Positions 57,763 through 64,000 of a stretch of DNA of 64,000 nt are shown here, in pieces. The DNA comes from an uncultured virus (IMG/VR IMGVR_UViG_3300023237_000005) (lineage: Duplodnaviria > Heunggongvirae > Uroviricota > Caudoviricetes): IMG/VR virus record IMGVR_UViG_3300023237_000005, one strand, 5' to 3'. The notes under the pieces were generated by a model that was given only the letters and a program-made list of their open reading frames with translations, was not told the DNA's origin and did not search any database. A program made the translations under genes and the position numbers. Position 1 is the first letter of the stretch. Each line of letters opens with the position of its first letter.

Positions 57763-57815
57763 CTATGCTTCGTCCTTGATATATATATTATGTAGTATGA
57801 AATACATATTCTAAA

Positions 57816-58274
57816 ATGGTAATATTTAAAGTTAAACATAAGGGAAACAAGAAGGTTTATGTAGGTTACTCTATGAACGATAATGATTCTTATATGGGCT
57901 CAGGTATTTATATTACTCGGGCACTGAAAGATTTTGGTAGAGACTCTTTCCATAGAGAGGTTCTAGAGAAGTTTGAAGACGGTGTAGAGTTATCCGAAAT
58001 TATGAGTAGGTTAGAATATTGGATTGACAATTTTAAAGCTGATAATCCTTCATATGGGTATAACGAAAGTATAGCCGAACTGATTCCTACTAAGAAAAAA
58101 TTAACAAGGAAAATTCAAGTATTGCTATCTCCACATGACGAGGTAGTTCTTAATTCAATAATCATTGAAAAATCTATGGAAAGTAAAAGAACGCCAGCGT
58201 CAATTTCAAAGTACGTTCGGCAATTGATACTTGAACATATCGTAAAAGAAACAGAAATAATAAAACAAATATAA
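57816..58274 (+). CDS. GIY-YIG (Seg-like) domain protein with ribbon-helix-helix-like C-terminus
   Basis: VIF...VYVG, YMGSG, FHREVLE, GYN; then RKIQVLLS...SISKYVRQLI. Confidence 0.65.
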   Translation: MVIFKVKHKGNKKVYVGYSMNDNDSYMGSGIYITRALKDFGRDSFHREVLEKFEDGVELSEIMSRLEYWIDNFKADNPSYGYNESIAELIPTKKKLTRKIQVLLSPHDEVVLNSIIIEKSMESKRTPASISKYVRQLILEHIVKETEIIKQI

Positions 58275-58276
58275 AG

Positions 58277-59254
58277 ATGAATACAGATCACGAAGAAAAT
58301 GTTAAAAAAGAATTTGAAGAATCTGAGGGAATACTCGAAACTTCTAGCAAGGTTGTAGATCTTGGGGAAGTACAACCTCACAAAACCCAAAGAACAACAG
58401 TAGATGATCCGGAAGTTAAGCGTCTGAATGAGCTTATTGGATATTTAAAACTAGATTTGGCCTTAATGCCATCTGGTGGTAGATTTTATAGAGATGATTT
58501 GGAAATTCATATTCGCCCAGCCAGAACTGGAGAAATTAGAGATTTCTCAATGATGGATGAAGCAAGTATACATGACGCAGATTCAAAGTTAAATGATATT
58601 CTATCGTCATGTACACGAGTGATGTTCGGTACACAGCGAGGATCGTATAAAGATATTATTGAGGGTGATCGTATTTATATTATTCTTAGTATCAGAGAGT
58701 TAACATTTAAAGAAGGCGAGTTTAAACTAATGATGCCAGTTAAAACTGGATGTGACACTGCAGGATGTGAAAGCCAAGAATCTATCGAACTAAGAACAGC
58801 AAATCTTCAGTTTCATGAAGAAGTAGAAACCCTAGGAAAATATTATGATCACGAAAGTAAAGGTTATGTTATTCAAACTAAGAACAATGGGAACTTTACA
58901 ATGGCACCACCGACCATCGGTGTAATGCGAATAGTAAGTGAGTATGGCCGAGAGCAGTTAGAATCTGGTGCAAACTGGGATAAGTCTTTAGTAGCTATTC
59001 TACCATATTTGCATCGAGAGTGGAGAGGACTTACTAGTACAGCAATCTTCTCTCAGATTACTAACCTGCAGGGTTGGGGGAGTACTAAATACAGCATCGC
59101 TTACCGATTAGCTGAAAGAATGACAGTGGCTGTAAAGCCTGAAATGATATATCCATGTGATAGCTGCGGTGCCGAGGTCACCGTTCCACTTACATTTCCC
59201 GGCGGCATCAAAGGTCTGTTCGTTATTCACGATATCGATTCTGAACTTCTTTAA
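58277..59254 (+). CDS. Baseplate hub/tail assembly chaperone (gp26-like)
   Basis: PSGGRFY, IRP, DRIYIILSIRELT, C..C zinc motifs, CDSCG near the C-terminus. Confidence 0.65.
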   Translation: MNTDHEENVKKEFEESEGILETSSKVVDLGEVQPHKTQRTTVDDPEVKRLNELIGYLKLDLALMPSGGRFYRDDLEIHIRPARTGEIRDFSMMDEASIHDADSKLNDILSSCTRVMFGTQRGSYKDIIEGDRIYIILSIRELTFKEGEFKLMMPVKTGCDTAGCESQESIELRTANLQFHEEVETLGKYYDHESKGYVIQTKNNGNFTMAPPTIGVMRIVSEYGREQLESGANWDKSLVAILPYLHREWRGLTSTAIFSQITNLQGWGSTKYSIAYRLAERMTVAVKPEMIYPCDSCGAEVTVPLTFPGGIKGLFVIHDIDSELL

Positions 59255-59480
59255 AGCCAGAGTAATACTTATGGAAAAATTGCACATTCAGCCATCTGAG
59301 CTAGATGCTCTTCCTTACTTTGAATTTGAATACATTGTTTCTATCTATAACGACATATTAAAAGAGCGCAAGGGACAAGAAGCCGATTCTTATGAAGCCG
59401 AGCGCGATAAATACAATATGAAGGGAATGAGTGGCATGAAAATGCCTAAGATGCCTTCTATCAAGATTCCAAAATTATAG
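59223..59480 (+). CDS. gp51-like hub assembly protein (start uncertain; first ATG at 59271)
   Basis: ISILNFFKARVILMEKLHIQPSELDALPYFEFEYIV resembles the gp51 pattern. Confidence 0.55.
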   Translation, partial: LFTISILNFFKARVILMEKLHIQPSELDALPYFEFEYIVSIYNDILKERKGQEADSYEAERDKYNMKGMSGMKMPKMPSIKIPKL

Positions 59481-59487
59481 TAGATGA

Positions 59488-62400
59488 ATGGCTAAAGTAC
59501 AGCTTGCAGACCTAATGAACCCGCTGACTAAAATTGAACAGTCTACGCGGGAAACTGCAAATAAGTTAGATGCGTTAGTCGATATTCTAACTAGTAATAA
59601 TACAAAACCATCTGGTACTAAGCCAGTTGATACGCCTCATCAAAAACAGTTAATTTCTACAATTACTGGTGCTGCAAGTTTAGCAGAATCATTAAATCGT
59701 GCAATTCTTATTGAACTTACTAATCATGGTAAGCAGTTGTCAAGGATGGTACTGCTTTCTACAAGTATGTTTAGATTAGCGTATATGAATAGAAAAAAAG
59801 AAAGTACTACAGAAACGGATGAGGGTTTACTTAGTAGTAAAAAAGGTAAAACAAAAAGTAAAGGTGGAGTGAAGGCTGGCGCGGAAGCATTATTGCTTCT
59901 AGGTGTAAGTGCGATGCAAATGGCAAAGGCACTTATGGTATTTACATTCGTGCCAAAGAAGTCAATTATAAAGTTTCAATCATTTATAGTTGACATATTT
60001 ACTAAGCTAGATGAATTCGATCAAAAGAAAATTAAAAAAGGTGCTGAAAACCTCATACTTATGGGTGATAGTATCATGAATTTCTCTAAGTCTCTTGCCA
60101 TTTCAGCATTGTTAATCCTTCCAGGCTTAATTGCAATACCATTCCTGATCGTTACTATTGGCATCATGTCAAGCGTAATGTACTTAATTGGAACCCGAAG
60201 TAAGCAAATCGGCAAAGGTGGTAAGGCTTTAGAGAAAGTAGGAGATGGACTTAAATCGTTTGGAATTGGACTTGCTGTGTTTGCACTTACAACCCTATTC
60301 ATTATGATGGAACCTAAGATTTTACTTGGAATGGTAGCTTCTTTAGTACTTATTAGTGGAACTGTAGCTCTTATCGGATTAGTAAGCAAACAAGTTAAGA
60401 AAGGCGCGCTAGCTCTAACATTATTAGGCATTGGTTTAGCCTCGTTTGGTATAGGCTATGCGATATTTGCATTAGCAATACATAGTGCTGACCTTAAGGA
60501 TGGTGCCGTCTTTGATCAAGTTGGGGTATTGCTCGGGTTAGGTTTGGCAACAGCATTATTGGGTATGGCTTGGTCATATATAGGATTAGGTGCTCTTGCA
60601 TTAGGGTTGATGGGTATCGGTTTATTCGTATTCGGTTTAGGATATACTCCGTTTGCGGAAGCTACTAAAGATATTGGAGAAACAGAGGTTATTACCCAAG
60701 GTGCCATCTTACTAATGTTAGGATTAGAGTTTGCTGCTGCTGGTTTAGGTGTAGCTTTCATTATTCCTGGTGCGGTTGCATTCGCTACTATCGGTGGTGC
60801 CCTACTATTATTAGCACCAGGTTTAGATGCAATTAGAAAGGTGGCATTCACTCCAACTGATTCTATGAATTTAACATTAGCCTTATCTGGCATTAAAGCA
60901 GCATTCTTAGGAACAGATAGCAACGCAACAGGTGTGGATGGGTTCTTTAAAAACGTAGGTAGTGCGCTATCAAGTACAGTGAAGGGACCAATGATGATTT
61001 CCTCTGCCGCTGGCTTCGCTGCAGCTGGAATGGCACTTAGTAAATTATCGGTTGGGCTTACATCGTTTACGGCAGTAAATTGGACTCCTACGAATACTAT
61101 AGCACTAACAGAAACATTAGGTGTAATTACTAGCGCATTTGCACATGCCGGTGGTGAGCCATCTTCCCCAGGCGGCGTGTTTGGTGCTATTTTCGGTAGT
61201 ACATTCAGCCCAAACGCAACAGAGCGTGGTATTGATTCTGTAATGAGTGCAGGCAAAGCACTTACAAATATCACTAAGGGTTTAGTTGACTTTAATAATT
61301 TTGCAAATAGTGGTGTTAAGTTCGGTAAGGAGGATGGCTCAGAGCCAGGAACACTCGCATATAATGTTACTAATACACTTGGATTTATACGAACTGCCTT
61401 TGCTGCAATTGGTGAAGGTGGTGCAACTGTAGAGTCTGGTGGGTTTTTTAGTTCTTTGCTTGGGATTAAATCAACCGCAGTAGAAGAAGGCATACGAAGT
61501 GTAATGGATACAGGTAAAGCTTTAACTGGTATAACAACAGGCTTGATTGAATTCCAAAAATTAGCAGATAGCAAAATTGACATTGAACTATTAGCTCCTA
61601 AAATCAAAACAGTCATTAGTACTGTTATGAGTGCTTTTGGCGCTCTTGCAGATGATGGTACAGATGTTGAATCTGGTGGATTTTTTAGTTCTTTGCTTGG
61701 TATTAAATCAACTAAAACAGAAGAAGGTATTAGAAGTGTAAAGGGTGCAGGCGACGAACTAACTAAAATAGCTGCATCATTATCTGCATTTGAAGGTTTG
61801 AAAGATCCTGGAGGAATTACTCTGAAAATTGAATCCGCCTTAGGGCTTGTTATGGGTGCTTTTTCTACTATAGGTGGAGCAAAGGTTGAAGGTTGGTTAG
61901 GTCTCAAATGGGATAACGATAGTGTAGAAGAAGGCATAGCTGCAGTTAAAGGCGCAGGAGAGGAACTAACTAACATTGCTAATGGGCTATTAGCTTTTTC
62001 TAACATAAAAAAACCGGATAAAGTCGCCGAAACTATTAAGACACTATTAGAAAGCATGTCTGGGACATTTGTTTTATTTTACGATAAGCCAACATTTTCT
62101 ACAAGAGTTAATAACTTTGCTGGGTTCGTAACATCTCTTGCTAAAGTCGGTGCAGATGGTAGTTTGATGAAAGCTGCAGATGGCTTTGAAGCAATAGCAG
62201 AAGCAATCAACTCTGTAGATATTGATAAAGCTGCAGCATTCAGGGGATTATTTGAAGCATCTGCATCATTGACTGAAAGCGGTAGGAATCTTGCAGCATT
62301 AGAGGCGATGGTCGAAGCCATAGAGGATGTAAAAGATACACTTAATAGTCAGGGTGGTGGAGGAGCAATTGATAGCATTAAGACAGCGCTAGGATTTGGT

Positions 62401-62559
62401 AATGCTAAAGAAGCAGTTGTAGAACCTTCTACAACTGCAGAACCTTCAACTGCAGAATTATTTAAAACATTACAGCTTACATTAAATCAGATTAATGCAA
62501 CTTTGTCAAATCTTCCTGGTGATATAGCAGCAATTGAGATTAAACTTCCTAGAGATTAA
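59488..62559 (+). CDS. Tape measure-like protein
   Basis: 1023 aa, Ala/Gly-rich, central hydrophobic stretch, repeats such as VESGGFFSSLLGIKST; follows tube and chaperone genes. Confidence 0.75.
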   Translation: MAKVQLADLMNPLTKIEQSTRETANKLDALVDILTSNNTKPSGTKPVDTPHQKQLISTITGAASLAESLNRAILIELTNHGKQLSRMVLLSTSMFRLAYMNRKKESTTETDEGLLSSKKGKTKSKGGVKAGAEALLLLGVSAMQMAKALMVFTFVPKKSIIKFQSFIVDIFTKLDEFDQKKIKKGAENLILMGDSIMNFSKSLAISALLILPGLIAIPFLIVTIGIMSSVMYLIGTRSKQIGKGGKALEKVGDGLKSFGIGLAVFALTTLFIMMEPKILLGMVASLVLISGTVALIGLVSKQVKKGALALTLLGIGLASFGIGYAIFALAIHSADLKDGAVFDQVGVLLGLGLATALLGMAWSYIGLGALALGLMGIGLFVFGLGYTPFAEATKDIGETEVITQGAILLMLGLEFAAAGLGVAFIIPGAVAFATIGGALLLLAPGLDAIRKVAFTPTDSMNLTLALSGIKAAFLGTDSNATGVDGFFKNVGSALSSTVKGPMMISSAAGFAAAGMALSKLSVGLTSFTAVNWTPTNTIALTETLGVITSAFAHAGGEPSSPGGVFGAIFGSTFSPNATERGIDSVMSAGKALTNITKGLVDFNNFANSGVKFGKEDGSEPGTLAYNVTNTLGFIRTAFAAIGEGGATVESGGFFSSLLGIKSTAVEEGIRSVMDTGKALTGITTGLIEFQKLADSKIDIELLAPKIKTVISTVMSAFGALADDGTDVESGGFFSSLLGIKSTKTEEGIRSVKGAGDELTKIAASLSAFEGLKDPGGITLKIESALGLVMGAFSTIGGAKVEGWLGLKWDNDSVEEGIAAVKGAGEELTNIANGLLAFSNIKKPDKVAETIKTLLESMSGTFVLFYDKPTFSTRVNNFAGFVTSLAKVGADGSLMKAADGFEAIAEAINSVDIDKAAAFRGLFEASASLTESGRNLAALEAMVEAIEDVKDTLNSQGGGGAIDSIKTALGFGNAKEAVVEPSTTAEPSTAELFKTLQLTLNQINATLSNLPGDIAAIEIKLPRD
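61429..61713 (+). repeat. Internal repeat in the tape measure gene (79-codon spacing)
   Basis: VESGGFFSSLLGIKST encoded at 61429 and 61666. Confidence 0.85.
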
Positions 62560-62630
62560 ACAAACTTCCTCAACTGTGGTATAACATCCATGATTGAACG
62601 AGGAAGAAGAGTTTAACTAGAATTTACAAA

Positions 62631-63422
62631 ATGGAAAAAGACATCATTTGGTTTGACTTAGAGTCAACTGGAATTAACACAGCTACAGATCGGGTCATTG
62701 AAATCTGTATGATTAAGAAAACATCTTTAGGCAAGGAAATTGAGAGATTTCAAAGTTATGTTAATCCTGAAGGAATGGAAAGTAGACCTGAGGCTATTGA
62801 TAAACATGGTATAACTCCAGAGATGTTAGCAGATAAGCCAACGTTTAAAACAATAGCAAAGAAGGTTAACGACTTTATTGGAGATTGCGATCTAGGAGGT
62901 TATAATATCTTATATTTTGACATCCCACTACTTACACAAGAATTATTTAGAAGTGGTATTCCTTTCAATCATAGAAGTAGAAAGATCATTGATCCATTCC
63001 TTATTCAAACTGCATACGAACCAAGAGATTTATCAAGCACTTATAATCGTATGACAGGTAAGGTTCTTGAAAATGCCCACGCAGCTGAGGCAGACATAGA
63101 AGCTACTATTGAAATATTTGAATGCCAGAAAACTAAATATGGCCTGCCAGTAGCTCACGCTGAAATAGAAGAATCTTCCATTAAGAATAGAAAGGATCAA
63201 GTTGACTTAGCAAATAGGTTTAAGATTGCTGAAATCGACGGTAAGAGAGAAATCGTTTTCAACTTCGGTAAGAACAAAGGTAAAGTTTTTAAAGATGTTT
63301 TCTCTGAAGACGCTAGTTATATTGACTGGATGATTAATAAAGGTGACTTCCCACTGGAGACTAAAATCATAGCTAAAAAACTGGTAGATAGAATGCAAAA
63401 AGAATCATTTGTAGATATATAA
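62631..63422 (+). CDS. DEDDh 3'-5' exonuclease (DnaQ-like)
   Basis: FDLESTG, GYNILYFD, AHAAEADIEAT; C-terminal FNFGKNKG...YIDW. Confidence 0.88.
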   Translation: MEKDIIWFDLESTGINTATDRVIEICMIKKTSLGKEIERFQSYVNPEGMESRPEAIDKHGITPEMLADKPTFKTIAKKVNDFIGDCDLGGYNILYFDIPLLTQELFRSGIPFNHRSRKIIDPFLIQTAYEPRDLSSTYNRMTGKVLENAHAAEADIEATIEIFECQKTKYGLPVAHAEIEESSIKNRKDQVDLANRFKIAEIDGKREIVFNFGKNKGKVFKDVFSEDASYIDWMINKGDFPLETKIIAKKLVDRMQKESFVDI

Positions 63423-63434
63423 ATAGAATTATAT

Positions 63435-63765
63435 GGGGGTGAGTAGTATTTGACAGCAGATGAATACTAAGAGTACAGCATGGGTGATGACCTACATCAA
63501 AACTAAGTGGAAACACTGAACTTGCAATTGCCGCCTAATAGTTAGGTACTAATGCATGCCATACTACAGAGTATACTTGTATGTAGGTTAGGCATTAAAG
63601 GAAGTAAGAACGGCATAAGTATTGGCCCAACTAATACAACATATCATTTGGCAGAATTGATCGAAAGCTGCATATTTTTGGAGTCATAAGAAAATGACTA
63701 TCCTAAGCTGTAAAATATTCTTTTTACTAATCTGTATGGACGAGGAGTCGCTTCCTCCACCTCCA
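63435..63765 (+). ncRNA. ssrA: tmRNA; tag GNTELAIAA at 63509-63538
   Basis: 5' GGGGGTG pairs with 3' CACCTCC-A with the G3:U70 Ala determinant; TTTGAC after the D-loop; tag ORF ends LAIAA TAA TAG; GGAC-GAGGA..TCCTC T-arm. Confidence 0.9.
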
Positions 63766-63789
63766 CATTGATATATAAACATATATCGC

Positions 63790-64000
63790 ATGGAACATAT
63801 TTTAGAGTTTGAAGAGTTTAAACAAAATTCTCAACCACTTGACGAATCAGTTCATTCTGCTGCATCTGAGTTGCTAATGTCAATGATGAGACAATATCAA
63901 CCCCTAATGGCCTTCTTGAAATGGGAAGATACTATAATTGATAAGTTTGACATTGATCCAAAGACAGCTAAGGAGATTAGCAATAAGTTGTATGATAAGA
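63790..64000 (+). CDS. Hypothetical protein with capsid-targeting-like N-terminus (partial)
   Basis: MEHILEFEEFKQ...LDES after late box at 63770; runs off the window. Confidence 0.6.
   Translation, partial: MEHILEFEEFKQNSQPLDESVHSAASELLMSMMRQYQPLMAFLKWEDTIIDKFDIDPKTAKEISNKLYDK

Noticed and set aside
60516..62057. 513-aa minus-strand ORF
   Set aside because: Antisense shadow of the Ala/Gly-rich tape measure gene; no motifs or promoter. The same applies to the many short minus-strand ORFs inside + strand genes
63435..63765. tRNA-Ala call
   Set aside because: The acceptor halves are 330 nt apart and enclose a tag ORF, so it is a tmRNA; no standalone tRNA was recognised
1..64000. Genome-wide TAG reassignment (alternative genetic code)
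   Set aside because: All core genes are intact under code 11 and TAG ends several genes at plausible positions; only one suspicious in-frame TAG (8010)

Overview
This window is 64 kb of a large, AT-rich T4-like myophage genome. Every credible gene but one is on the + strand. The host is very probably Bacteroidota, judging by a T9SS type-B sorting domain, signal peptides followed by Gln, an Hc1-like histone and the tmRNA tag. Core T4-type modules are present. Replication and recombination genes include a DNA polymerase B split into two genes 12.5 kb apart, the clamp, clamp loader, UvsX, gp41, gp46/47 and RNase H. Also present are the late sigma factor gp55, portal, protease-scaffold, major capsid protein, neck, terminase, sheath, tube, hub and tape measure. 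Notable accessory content: (1) five inteins, three naturally split (UvsX and clamp loader, each fractured by a free-standing endonuclease gene, and terminase, with helical tails and no endonuclease); (2) a sugar-metabolism operon (PFK-like kinase, GT2, uronate isomerase, NTP-transferase) ending in a T4 beta-glucosyltransferase-like gene and an atypical C5 DNA methyltransferase, a candidate new DNA hypermodification pathway; (3) secreted T9SS-type cargo proteins; (4) a small protein carrying a 40-aa copy of the capsid protein N-terminal arm; (5) a family of ORFs with a T4-like capsid-targeting motif; (6) a phage tmRNA; (7) two clear promoter classes. All assignments come from motif recognition by eye, with no database searches.
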